DNA of 64,000 nucleotides. Origin: Acidobacteriaceae bacterium (lineage in GTDB: Bacteria; Acidobacteriota; Terriglobia; Terriglobales; Acidobacteriaceae). Numbering within the stretch: the stretch's first letter is position 1; each line of letters starts with the position of its first letter. The stretch lies in contig DATHQT010000057.1 of the NCBI GenBank assembly GCA_035482415.1, positions 105,944-169,943 of the forward strand, read 5' to 3'. Below are positions 33,285 to 42,320 of this stretch, one piece after another. Below the pieces are notes generated by a model. The model had not been told where the DNA came from. It was given only the letters and a program-made list of their open reading frames with translations, and searched no databases. The position numbers and the translations under genes are program-made.

Positions 33285-34996
33285 GAGCTTCACTGAAAAT
33301 TTGCACGGTGTTCATTGCAATCTCATTGCCGGCATTCGCTGGGCGGTCCACTGCGCAGACAGCCGCTGTTGCGGTAGACAAGGTAACCCATGCGATTCCG
33401 CTTCCGCAGTTCGAGGATGTGACGAAGAAGTCCGGGATCGACTTCCAACACTCCTTCGGCGAAAAGACCTTGAGTTCGATCCAGGAGGGAACAGGATCGG
33501 GCTGCGCCTGGATCGACTACAACAACGACGGGTGGATGGATCTCTACATCGTGAACGGACGGCATGTCGATGGGCTCACCGACCACTCTGCACCGGATGG
33601 GATGGACGCGACCAACCACCTCTATCGCAACAATGGCGACGGCACCTTCACCGACGTAACGGTGCAGGCGGGTGTTCCGGGCAATGGCTTCGGTGTCGGC
33701 ATCACGGCGGGAGACTTCGACAACGATGGCAACGAGGACCTCTACGTCACCAATTACAACTCGGCGATCTTGTATCACAACAACGGAAATGGGGCCTTTA
33801 CGGACATTACTGCGAAGGCCGGCGTGACCAACCTGAACTTCGGAACGGGCGCCGCCTTCCTCGATTATGACCGCGACGGACGCCTTGATCTCTTCGTCGG
33901 CAACTACCTGAAGTACGATCCCAGCAACCGGCAGTTTTATTCAGCGCAGCAATACCCGGGGCCGCTCGAATACGCGCCGGAGACCAATCGGCTCTTCCAT
34001 AACAACGGCGACGGAACATTCACCGATGTCTCCACGGCATCCGGCATCAGCGCTCAGCCCGGGCGTGCCATGGGCGTCACGGTCGGAGACTTTGACGGCG
34101 ATGGATGGCCCGACGTCTACGTTGCGAATGACACCATGGCAAGCTTCCTCTATCACAACAATCGCAACGGTACGTTCACCGATGTCGCCGCCGAAATGGG
34201 CGCGGCCTACGGACAGAACGGCGAGGCTTCCACCGCGATGGGTCCCGTCTTCGGGGACTATGAGAACAAGGGACGCCAGGGGTTATTCGTCTCCGATGCC
34301 CACTTTCACCGGCTGCTGCGCAACAGCGGCAAGCCGGGCGAGCCGTTCGAAGATGTGACCAACGAATCAGGGGTCGGAGCGGTCTCAGGACAGTTTGTTG
34401 GCTGGGGCGATGGCCTCTTCGACTTCGATAACGATGGATGGAAGGACCTGTTCATCGTGAATGGCGGCCTGGTGTGGCTCATCCCCCAACAGAGTTCGCT
34501 GCTGCGCAACAACGGCGACGGGACATTCGCGGACATCTCCCTGCAGGCGGGAAGCTTCTTCTCAACCCAGATTGTCAGCCGCGGTGCCTGCTTTGCTGAC
34601 TACGACAATGATGGATATGTCGACGCGTTTGTCGTAACACTGGGCGGCAAGGGAATTCTGCTGCACAACACGCCGCCGGCAGTGAAGCGCAATCATTGGC
34701 TGACGATCAAGCTGGTGGGGACGCGCAGTAATCGCGACGGCTATGGAGCCAGCCTCGAGGCAATTGCCGGAGACCTGCACCAATGGGTGCAGTCCACGTC
34801 GGCCAGCGGATACCTCTCGCAGAATGATCCGCGTCCACACTTCGGCCTGGGTCAGCATGAGGTCGTGGATACCCTGACAATTCATTGGCCCAGCGGAACC
34901 GTCCAGACCCTGCACGATATCCGGGCGGACCAGGTACTCAAGATCACCGAGCCCGCCGCAAGCGGCGTTACCCCTACAAAGGGGAAGACGCCATGA
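33281..34996 (+). CDS. CRTAC1-like protein (FG-GAP/VCBS repeats + ASPIC/UnbV)
   Basis: Signal peptide ICTVFIAISLPAFAGRSTAQ. Repeats: IDYNNDGWMDLYIVNG, GDFDNDGNEDLYVTN, LDYDRDGRLDLFVGN, GDFDGDGWPDVYVAN, FDFDNDGWKDLFIVNG, ADYDNDGYVDAFV. ASPIC/UnbV segment: NHWLTIKLVGTRSNRDGYGASLE...SGYLSQNDPRPHFGLG. The TTG start overlaps the upstream stop (TTGA). Confidence 0.8.
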   Translation: MRASLKICTVFIAISLPAFAGRSTAQTAAVAVDKVTHAIPLPQFEDVTKKSGIDFQHSFGEKTLSSIQEGTGSGCAWIDYNNDGWMDLYIVNGRHVDGLTDHSAPDGMDATNHLYRNNGDGTFTDVTVQAGVPGNGFGVGITAGDFDNDGNEDLYVTNYNSAILYHNNGNGAFTDITAKAGVTNLNFGTGAAFLDYDRDGRLDLFVGNYLKYDPSNRQFYSAQQYPGPLEYAPETNRLFHNNGDGTFTDVSTASGISAQPGRAMGVTVGDFDGDGWPDVYVANDTMASFLYHNNRNGTFTDVAAEMGAAYGQNGEASTAMGPVFGDYENKGRQGLFVSDAHFHRLLRNSGKPGEPFEDVTNESGVGAVSGQFVGWGDGLFDFDNDGWKDLFIVNGGLVWLIPQQSSLLRNNGDGTFADISLQAGSFFSTQIVSRGACFADYDNDGYVDAFVVTLGGKGILLHNTPPAVKRNHWLTIKLVGTRSNRDGYGASLEAIAGDLHQWVQSTSASGYLSQNDPRPHFGLGQHEVVDTLTIHWPSGTVQTLHDIRADQVLKITEPAASGVTPTKGKTP

Positions 34997-36969
34997 CCTG
35001 CGCCAGGGATCGTGCTTCGTCGCGCGTTCCCCGTCGAGACGAAGCCTTCCTCGGAATCGCGTTGCTGTCCGTGGTCATCACGCTGACCATGTTCGTGGCT
35101 CAGCAGCAGAAACCTGCCGCCGCGGCAGAACACGTGCCCGCGCCCGAAGCTGCCACCCGCTATCTAAGCCCAGTCGCCCTGCAACTCTCGCCGGATGGTC
35201 AACGCCTGTACGTTGTCTGCGAGGACAGTGACGCAGTGCTCGCGGTCGATACGCGCTCTCAACGCGTAGTGGGCCGTGCAGAGGTGGGCAAGCGGCCGAA
35301 GGGAATCGCAATCTCGCCGGACGGAAAGTCGCTCTACGTCTCCGAAGAGGCCAGCGATGCGGTGACTGAAATCGATGCGCAGACATTGGTAATCCGCCGC
35401 ACCATCCGTGTGGGCTGGAGTCCCGTAGGTCTGGTCACCGATCGTGCAGGAACCACGCTGTACGTCGCCAACACGCTCGGCGATGACGTATCGGTCATCG
35501 ATCTGCTCACCGGAACGGAGACGAAGCGGCTTCATGCCGGCCGTTTTCCAGAGTATGTCGCTCTTTCGCGCGATGGCAGCCGCGTGTACGTTGCAAATCT
35601 CCTGGCGCGCCTGGGTCCGCCGGATCAACCACCCGTGTCCGAGTTGACCGTGATTGACTGCACGAAGCAGCAGATCGCCGCGCGCCTCGATGTTCCGGGA
35701 GTACTCCAACTGCGCCACATCGTGGAGCTGCCGCTCGCTGCAGGAGGCTATCTGCTTATCCCGTTCCTGCGTCCCAAAAACCTTAACCCGTTGGTGCAGA
35801 TCCAGCAGGGCGGCTATCTGACTCATGGCATGGCAGTGATTCGGCCCTCCGCCACGAGCGGAGGGGAAGCGCTCGACTACAAGGTATCCGAGGTACTGCT
35901 GGACGATATCGATCGTTCCTACGCGGATGGATTTGGCGTCGCCGCAACGCCCGACGGACACCGGGCGCTGGTGACCGCTTCCGGATCGAACATCGTTTCC
36001 ATCGTCGATACATCAAGGCTTCGAACGATGCTTCTGAACAGCACGTCGATGCGCCGGCGGGAGCTCGCAAATCGGCTAGACTCGGCCCATATTTTCGTCA
36101 CCGCTCGCCTGCCCACAGGCCGCAATCCAACCGACGTCGTCACCTCGACCGACGGGCGCTTCGCCTACATTGCCAATCGCATGGACGACACGATCGACGT
36201 GCTGAACATGACGCGGTTGCAGCTCGCAACGACGATTGACCTCGGTGGTCCCCGGCTGCTTTCGCGTAATCGCAGAGGGCAGCAACTCTTTTTTGACGCG
36301 AGCCATTGCTACCAGGGGCAGATGGCGTGCGCGACGTGTCACCCGCATGAGGGGCTTTCCGATGGCCTCGCGTGGAGCCTCGAGACGCCGCAACTCGGTC
36401 GTGATGTCGTGGAGAATCGCACGCTCTACAGCATCGAGGGGACCGAACCCTTCAAGTGGAATGGCAAGAATCCAGACCTTGAAACACAGGACGGCCCGCG
36501 CACTGCCATGTATATCTTCCGCAGCCAGGGATTCAGTTCAAGCGAAGTAGACGACCTGGTCAACTACATCTTTTCGCTGCACCTCGCGAGAAATCCTCAC
36601 CTCGCCGCAGATGGGCAGATGACTGCCGCGCAGGCCCGCGGCCAGGTGCTGTTCTTTCGCGAAACGACCAGCAGCGGTGTGCCGATCTCCGCCTTACAGC
36701 AGTGCCCGACGTGCCACTCTCCGCTGACGCATTTCACCTCGAAGATTCAAATCGATTTGGGCACAGCAACGAAATATGACACCATCACGGCATTCGACGT
36801 TCCGCAGTTGGAAGGCGCCGTCATGAAGCCTCCTTACCTGCACAACGGCGAGGCACTCGAGCTGGAAGAGATCTGGACGCGATTCAATCCGGAGGATAAA
36901 CACGGCCTCACATCCGACATGAACAAGGCGCAGCTCAACGATTTGATCGAGTACCTGAAGACATTATGA
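34993..36969 (+). CDS. Membrane-anchored YVTN-type beta-propeller fused to a di-haem cytochrome c peroxidase/MauG-like domain
   Basis: TM anchor FLGIALLSVVITLTMFVA. YVTN-like repeats: GQRLYVVCEDSDAVLAVD, GKSLYVSEEASDAVTEID, GTTLYVANTLGDDVSVID, GSRVYVAN, GRFAYIANRMDDTIDVL. Two CxxCH motifs: CATCH at nt 36328-36342 and CPTCH at nt 36703-36717. ATG 34993 forms an ATGA overlap with the upstream stop. Confidence 0.7.
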   Translation: MTCARDRASSRVPRRDEAFLGIALLSVVITLTMFVAQQQKPAAAAEHVPAPEAATRYLSPVALQLSPDGQRLYVVCEDSDAVLAVDTRSQRVVGRAEVGKRPKGIAISPDGKSLYVSEEASDAVTEIDAQTLVIRRTIRVGWSPVGLVTDRAGTTLYVANTLGDDVSVIDLLTGTETKRLHAGRFPEYVALSRDGSRVYVANLLARLGPPDQPPVSELTVIDCTKQQIAARLDVPGVLQLRHIVELPLAAGGYLLIPFLRPKNLNPLVQIQQGGYLTHGMAVIRPSATSGGEALDYKVSEVLLDDIDRSYADGFGVAATPDGHRALVTASGSNIVSIVDTSRLRTMLLNSTSMRRRELANRLDSAHIFVTARLPTGRNPTDVVTSTDGRFAYIANRMDDTIDVLNMTRLQLATTIDLGGPRLLSRNRRGQQLFFDASHCYQGQMACATCHPHEGLSDGLAWSLETPQLGRDVVENRTLYSIEGTEPFKWNGKNPDLETQDGPRTAMYIFRSQGFSSSEVDDLVNYIFSLHLARNPHLAADGQMTAAQARGQVLFFRETTSSGVPISALQQCPTCHSPLTHFTSKIQIDLGTATKYDTITAFDVPQLEGAVMKPPYLHNGEALELEEIWTRFNPEDKHGLTSDMNKAQLNDLIEYLKTL

Positions 36970-38111
36970 GACCGGCAATGAATGCGAACAAAATCACGAG
37001 CGTACTCCGAAGGGCTCTTCTGAGTGTGGCATTGCCACTCGCCGCACTGCCGTGCGTCCGTGCACAGGCGCCGGCGCCGGATCGGGCGGCCAAACCCGCG
37101 CTCTACACGAAGTGGATCAATTACACCGCGGCGAACGGATTTCCAGAGGGTGAGGTGTATTGCGTGACGGTCGACGGCACACGCGTATGGGCCGGGACAT
37201 CGCATGGACTCGTCCTGCTCGAAGGTGGCCGCGTGAAGAAAGTGTTCACGCCAGAAGATGGCTTAGCCGGCCGTGCGGTGATGTCGATCGCGGTCGACAA
37301 ACAAAACGGCGATGTGTGGGTGGGAACTTTCGGCGGCCTGAGTCTTTATTCGGGTGGGAAATTCCAGAGCTTCACAAACCTCAACAGCGGCCTCGCCAAC
37401 GATCTCGTGTATGGCGTCGCGATGCAGGGGCAATTTCTTTGGGTTGCAACAGCCGCCGGAGTCAATCGCCTCGATACAAACTCTGGAAGCTGGTCGATCT
37501 TCAATGAAACCAATGCACCGTTCAATGAGCCATGGGCCTACGGAATCTCAGTTGCTCAGCAGAAGGTGTACTTCGCCGTCTGGGGCGGGGGAGTTCTGGC
37601 ATACGATCTCGCAAAAGAAACCTGGAAGCCGTTCACCGACCCCGACGGGGAGCAAGAACTAGTTCTCTATCGAAACCAGGGGTTGATCCACAACATCGTC
37701 AGCAGCGTTTCTTACAACACGGACACGAAGACGTTTTGGGCCTCCACCTACTTTGGTCTCAGCAGCTACGATGGCCGAAACTGGCACAACTACCTCACCA
37801 AGGACAGCGGACTGGCCTCAAATTTCATCAACGCCGTACAGTCGCGCGGCGACAACGTATGGGCCTCCACGCAGAGCGGCCTGAGCCAGCTCGACACCAG
37901 AACCAACACCTGGATCACCTATAACCGGAATCAAAAAACCGGGCGCGGCGAGATCCTCGTCACGAGCGCGGATGGCGGCAAGCAACGGATCGCCACGGAG
38001 ACCAGCCTGGCGCACAGCTACATTCTCAACACAGCATTTCAAGGCGACGACATCTGGGTGGCGACCGCACAGGGTCTGAGCCATGGTATCCGCGCACAAC
38101 CGAAGGAGTAA
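36966..38111 (+). CDS. Exported beta-propeller protein with two-component-regulator-propeller (Reg_prop)-like repeats
   Basis: Signal peptide LLSVALPLAALPCVRAQA. Repeated motifs of the form GxxVxxIAVDxxGxVWVGTxxGLSxY: VYCVTVDGTRVWAGTSHGLVLL, VMSIAVDKQNGDVWVGTFGGLSLY, VYGVAMQGQFLWVATAAGVNRL, INAVQSRGDNVWASTQSGLSQL. ATGA overlap with the upstream stop. Confidence 0.6.
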   Translation: MRPAMNANKITSVLRRALLSVALPLAALPCVRAQAPAPDRAAKPALYTKWINYTAANGFPEGEVYCVTVDGTRVWAGTSHGLVLLEGGRVKKVFTPEDGLAGRAVMSIAVDKQNGDVWVGTFGGLSLYSGGKFQSFTNLNSGLANDLVYGVAMQGQFLWVATAAGVNRLDTNSGSWSIFNETNAPFNEPWAYGISVAQQKVYFAVWGGGVLAYDLAKETWKPFTDPDGEQELVLYRNQGLIHNIVSSVSYNTDTKTFWASTYFGLSSYDGRNWHNYLTKDSGLASNFINAVQSRGDNVWASTQSGLSQLDTRTNTWITYNRNQKTGRGEILVTSADGGKQRIATETSLAHSYILNTAFQGDDIWVATAQGLSHGIRAQPKE

Positions 38112-38116
38112 AGACT

Positions 38117-38641
38117 ATGAGCCCCACGATCGTAGCAACGCACAACATGACGAATGAAACCATAGGCGCACACAAGCCGATTCGCAAAAAGGCGATGTCC
38201 GCTCCCAAGGCGCTCAACGAGGCCTACAAGTACCAGCGCCCCTCGTCCTTCTCGCGCGGCATGCGCCTGGACATCAAGGGCATTACCATCCTGATGATCT
38301 CGGGGACAGCCAGCGTTGGAGAAAACGGCGAGACCGTTCATCCCGGCGACTTCGGCGCACAAACCAAACGCGCCTACCAGAACGTCACCGAGCTGCTGAA
38401 GTCCGAAGGCGCTACCTGGAAAGACGTGGTCCGCACAACCTGCTACCTCCGCGACATTGAGCGCGACTACGAGCAATTCAATCTGATCCGCACGGAGTTC
38501 TTCAAAGAACAGGGCCTCGAAATCCTGCCAGCCTCCACCGGCATCCAGGCCATCCTCTGCTGGCCAACCCTTCTCTATGAGATGGAAGCCATGGCAATCT
38601 TCGAAACACCTGCATCCATCGATCCGCCGCACTTGAGATAG
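38117..38641 (+). CDS. RidA/YjgF-superfamily protein (possibly a chorismatase-like FkbO/Hyg5/XanB2 single domain)
   Basis: [62 protein letters not shown]. The ISGTAS variant, rather than the classical RidA SGQ, recalls the chorismatase group. AAGGAG RBS. It starts 6 nt after the upstream stop. Confidence 0.65.
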   Translation: MSPTIVATHNMTNETIGAHKPIRKKAMSAPKALNEAYKYQRPSSFSRGMRLDIKGITILMISGTASVGENGETVHPGDFGAQTKRAYQNVTELLKSEGATWKDVVRTTCYLRDIERDYEQFNLIRTEFFKEQGLEILPASTGIQAILCWPTLLYEMEAMAIFETPASIDPPHLR

Positions 38642-38661
38642 CCAAGGTAAGGAGCTCCAAC

Positions 38662-39588
38662 ATGAACCAGAAGATTGCAGGTCAAGTGAGCCTCGAGGAC
38701 CTTTCGCGGATCTGTCCGACGATCAGTCGCCGTATGCACCCCGAGTTTGGCGAGTGTTGCGGTTTTGAAGTGGAAGTCGGCACAGTGCGGTTCGGCACTA
38801 AAGTCCCGGTCGTGATTGCAGGACCGTGCGCCGTTGAAAGCGAGCGGCAGATGATCGAGGTCGCCCTCGCGGTGAAGGCGGCTGGTGCAGACATGTTGCG
38901 CGGCGGCGCCTTCAAACCACGCACCTCGCCGCATGACTTTCAGGGGCTGGGCCTGGAAGGGCTCAAAATTCTGCGGGCCGCAAGCATTCTCACCGGCCTT
39001 CCTGTCGTCACGGAAGTTTTGGACGTTCGGCTGGTCGAACTGGTCAGCCAATACGCGGACATGTTGCAGATCGGCTCGCGCAGCATGCAGAATTATCCGT
39101 TGCTCGTCGAGGCGGGGCGCAGCGGCAAGCCTGTTCTCTTGAAGCGCAGCATGGCGGCGAGCCTGTGCGAATGGCTGGGCGCGGCTGAGTACATTGCCAA
39201 CGAAGGAAACCTGAACATCGTTCTCTGCGAGCGTGGAATCAAAACCCACACTGCCGGAGAATACTCGCGCTACGCTCTCGATCTCAACGTGGTTCCCGCT
39301 GCGCATGCGGAGACATTTCTTCCAGTGATCGTGGACCCAAGTCATGCGACCGGTGTGGCATCCAGGGTGGAGCAGGCAAGCCGCGCAGCCATTGAATTTG
39401 GCAGCGATGGCTTGTTGATCGAGGTCTCGACTTGGGACCGCGATCCCGACTCGCGGCGGCCATTATGCGATGCCGACCAGGCAATCACCCCTGAGACGCT
39501 GGCCAGAATCGTCGAATTTATCCGCGAACGGGAAGCCGCCGCGCAGTACAGTACCGACCCGGCGATGCTACTCGGGTCAGAGCACTAG
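38662..39588 (+). CDS. 3-deoxy-7-phosphoheptulonate (DAHP) synthase, class I-beta (KDO8PS-related)
   Basis: [65 protein letters not shown] and IVDPSHATG match class I-beta DAHPS. Confidence 0.85.
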   Translation: MNQKIAGQVSLEDLSRICPTISRRMHPEFGECCGFEVEVGTVRFGTKVPVVIAGPCAVESERQMIEVALAVKAAGADMLRGGAFKPRTSPHDFQGLGLEGLKILRAASILTGLPVVTEVLDVRLVELVSQYADMLQIGSRSMQNYPLLVEAGRSGKPVLLKRSMAASLCEWLGAAEYIANEGNLNIVLCERGIKTHTAGEYSRYALDLNVVPAAHAETFLPVIVDPSHATGVASRVEQASRAAIEFGSDGLLIEVSTWDRDPDSRRPLCDADQAITPETLARIVEFIREREAAAQYSTDPAMLLGSEH

Positions 39589-39617
39589 AGGTGATTGTCG
39601 ATCCGGAGATTCGAACG

Positions 39618-40967
39618 ATGAAGACGAAACGATGTGTTGCGGTTCTGCTAGTGGCCGCGAGCGGTTTGCTGGCAGCGCACGCCAATGCGCAAGCGACCTC
39701 GCCGGCCACTCGCGCAGAAAAGGCCGAAGTGCCGTACGGGAATATGCCGCCCGCTGCCAGGCCTTTTGCGAACTACCGCAAGCCATACCAGGAGTGGTAC
39801 GTGCAGCCGGACTCGCTCGATTATGGTGGCGCTGCGCGAAGCGAACCGGATGGAGATGTAACCGCGCTCAAGACAATCAACATCGGCTTTCTCGGCCCCC
39901 TGGACGCAGACAATGAAGACTCACCCTATGGAATCGCCATGCTGCATGGCGCGCAACTCGCCATTGACGAGGTCAATGCAAGCGGGGGATATCGTCGCAA
40001 ACCCTTCGCTCTAATCATCCATGACGATCTCGCGCTATGGGGAGCTTCGTCGATGGCGATCGTTGACATGCGCTATAAGGATCAGGCGTGGGCGATGCTT
40101 GGCTCGGTTGACTCAGCGTCAACGCACGTCGAATTGCGCGCGACCTTGAAGCTCGAACTGCCGATCATGGATACCGCCACCAACGATCCCACCGTCACCC
40201 AGACACTCGTTCCGTGGCTGCTGCATAACTTTCCCGACGACCGGCAGCAAGGGTATGCGCTGGCCGATTACATCTTTCTGCAGCGTCACCTGAAACGTAT
40301 CGGCATCCTGCAGGTGAACAATCGCTACGGTCGGGTCGGAAAGGAAATATTCTCCGCAACAGCGCGCCGCATCGGTCGCCAGCCAGTTGTCGAAGTCTGG
40401 TTTGGCGCGGACACCACGGATTTTTCATCTCAATTACGCACAATCAACGCGAGTAACGTGGACGGCCTGGTCATCTGGGGCAATGCGGCAGAGGCAGGTC
40501 TCATCCTGAAACAGATGCGCGCTCTGGGAATGCAGCAACCGGTGTTTGGCAGCAGCCGTATTTGCAGTCCGGAGGTTATCAAGATTGCTGGCGCGGCATC
40601 CGAGGGTCTGACCGTTATCAGCGCCATCAATCCAACGCGCAACGATCCCACGTGGATGGCCTTCCAGCAACGGTTTGCAAAACGCTTCGGCGTCGAGCCG
40701 GATGCCTATGCCGCCTACGCTTACGATGGCGCAACGATGCTGATGGGCGCGATCAACCAGGCAGGCCTCAATCGCGGCCGCATCATGGATGCATTGCGCG
40801 GCTACGAGATGAAGCACTATGCAGGTGTGAGCGGAAGCGCCTTCTTCGATTACACGCTGAATAACATCGCCCCCGTTACGTTTGCCCAAATTCGCGACGG
40901 GAAGTTTGCCTACTGGCCAGAGCAGCGCACCGACTGGAAGCGCGCCGATGTGGCCAATGCGCGGTAG
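39618..40967 (+). CDS. Periplasmic LivK-type (Peripla_BP_6) substrate-binding protein
   Basis: Signal peptide MKTKRCVAVLLVAASGLLAAHANAQ. INIGFLGPLD...YGIAMLHGAQLAIDEVNASGGY is typical of branched-chain amino acid/urea-type SBPs. Confidence 0.75.
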   Translation: MKTKRCVAVLLVAASGLLAAHANAQATSPATRAEKAEVPYGNMPPAARPFANYRKPYQEWYVQPDSLDYGGAARSEPDGDVTALKTINIGFLGPLDADNEDSPYGIAMLHGAQLAIDEVNASGGYRRKPFALIIHDDLALWGASSMAIVDMRYKDQAWAMLGSVDSASTHVELRATLKLELPIMDTATNDPTVTQTLVPWLLHNFPDDRQQGYALADYIFLQRHLKRIGILQVNNRYGRVGKEIFSATARRIGRQPVVEVWFGADTTDFSSQLRTINASNVDGLVIWGNAAEAGLILKQMRALGMQQPVFGSSRICSPEVIKIAGAASEGLTVISAINPTRNDPTWMAFQQRFAKRFGVEPDAYAAYAYDGATMLMGAINQAGLNRGRIMDALRGYEMKHYAGVSGSAFFDYTLNNIAPVTFAQIRDGKFAYWPEQRTDWKRADVANAR

Positions 40968-42132
40968 GGAACTGGGTTGCTACGCTGTCATCGTTGCGTT
41001 GCTGCAACTAGGATGTGTCGCGCCGGCGCGCGCCCAGACCACGACGCCGTACGCTTCCATCTCCACAGAGGTGGAAAGCTACGCAGGGCCGGGGCGAGCG
41101 TCCGCAAACGATTTGACTGGCCAGGTGGTTCGGATTGGGCTGCTCGCTCCACTGCAGGGTGCACGCAAGGCCGAGGGCGAGGCGATGATAGCAGCCGCTC
41201 AGATGGCACTGCGCGACACGGCGTCGCAGCGGTTGAGCCGGCGCCGCGTAGCGTTGGCCGTGGAGGACTCGAGCGGGTCGACCTGGGGCATGGTCTCCGA
41301 TGCGGTGATCCGTCTCATGCTCAACGACGAGTCAATTGCAGTGATCACGTCCACCAGCAGAGCGGATGCTCACTTGTGTGAGCAGGTTGGCAACCGGATC
41401 GGCGTCCCTGTGCTGACGCTCTCCGCGGACGCAACCACGACCCAGATTGATATTCCATGGATCTTCCGCATGGGCCCGAGCGATGCCGCAGAGGCACAGG
41501 TGATCGCCCAGGATATGTATAGCGTGCGCAAGCTTCACAACGTGCTGCTGATCACACAACACGACCGTGAGGGCGATCGTGCCGCCCAGGAAATGAAGCA
41601 AGCCGCATTAGGCCTCGGTGCGCCGGCCCCTCACGTGATCTCTCTCGATGAAGCACCACTAGATCCTGGATCCATCGTGAGAGCGATCCAGTCTGAGTCT
41701 CCACAAGCGATCGTCATTTGGACGAGTCCAACGACCGCGGCAATCCTATTACGCGCACTTCAAATTGCAGGAGTGAAAACCATCTGCTACCTTTCGCAGA
41801 ATGCAAGCTCCGAGATGCACGACGCGTCGACGAGCGAATCAACCGCCAGTGAGACCTGGACCATCGCCGGCAATGATGAACCAACCGGCACCCGCCAGAG
41901 TTTTGCAGACCGCTTCCGTCGATCGACAGGGACAGCCCCAACTCTTGTCGCGAGCCAGACCTACGATGCGGTGATTCTAACCGTGCATGCATTGCAGACA
42001 GCAGGCCCGAATCGTGCGCGTGTCCGGGATGAGATTGCCAAGGCCAACCAGTACGACGGGGTGTCTGGCAAAATCTCCTTCGACTGCGAAGGCAACGACC
42101 GCGCCGCCCTGCACCTGGTCCAATTGAAGTAG
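40948..42132 (+). CDS. Second LivK-type (Peripla_BP_6) substrate-binding protein
   Basis: Signal GCYAVIVALLQLGCVAPARAQ. VRIGLLAPLQGARKAEGEAMIAAAQMALRD. The start is taken at ATG 40948 (or 40957), overlapping the end of the upstream SBP gene. The track start 40882 is an upstream extension. Confidence 0.7.
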   Translation: MWPMRGRELGCYAVIVALLQLGCVAPARAQTTTPYASISTEVESYAGPGRASANDLTGQVVRIGLLAPLQGARKAEGEAMIAAAQMALRDTASQRLSRRRVALAVEDSSGSTWGMVSDAVIRLMLNDESIAVITSTSRADAHLCEQVGNRIGVPVLTLSADATTTQIDIPWIFRMGPSDAAEAQVIAQDMYSVRKLHNVLLITQHDREGDRAAQEMKQAALGLGAPAPHVISLDEAPLDPGSIVRAIQSESPQAIVIWTSPTTAAILLRALQIAGVKTICYLSQNASSEMHDASTSESTASETWTIAGNDEPTGTRQSFADRFRRSTGTAPTLVASQTYDAVILTVHALQTAGPNRARVRDEIAKANQYDGVSGKISFDCEGNDRAALHLVQLK

Positions 42133-42320
42133 CTGGCTGCCTCCGCCAACTCGGCGCAAGCGGTTGGGTGAGAGAGCCATCTCGCTAACGCCTTGTGATT
42201 ACAGTGTCAGGGGTTGAATCGACGGCCAGCCCTATCCGGGTGTAGCTCTCAGGCATTACTATGGATCGCGAACTAAAGCGCTTTACGAAATAACGATAGA
42301 GTAGCTCTCCGGAGAGATCC

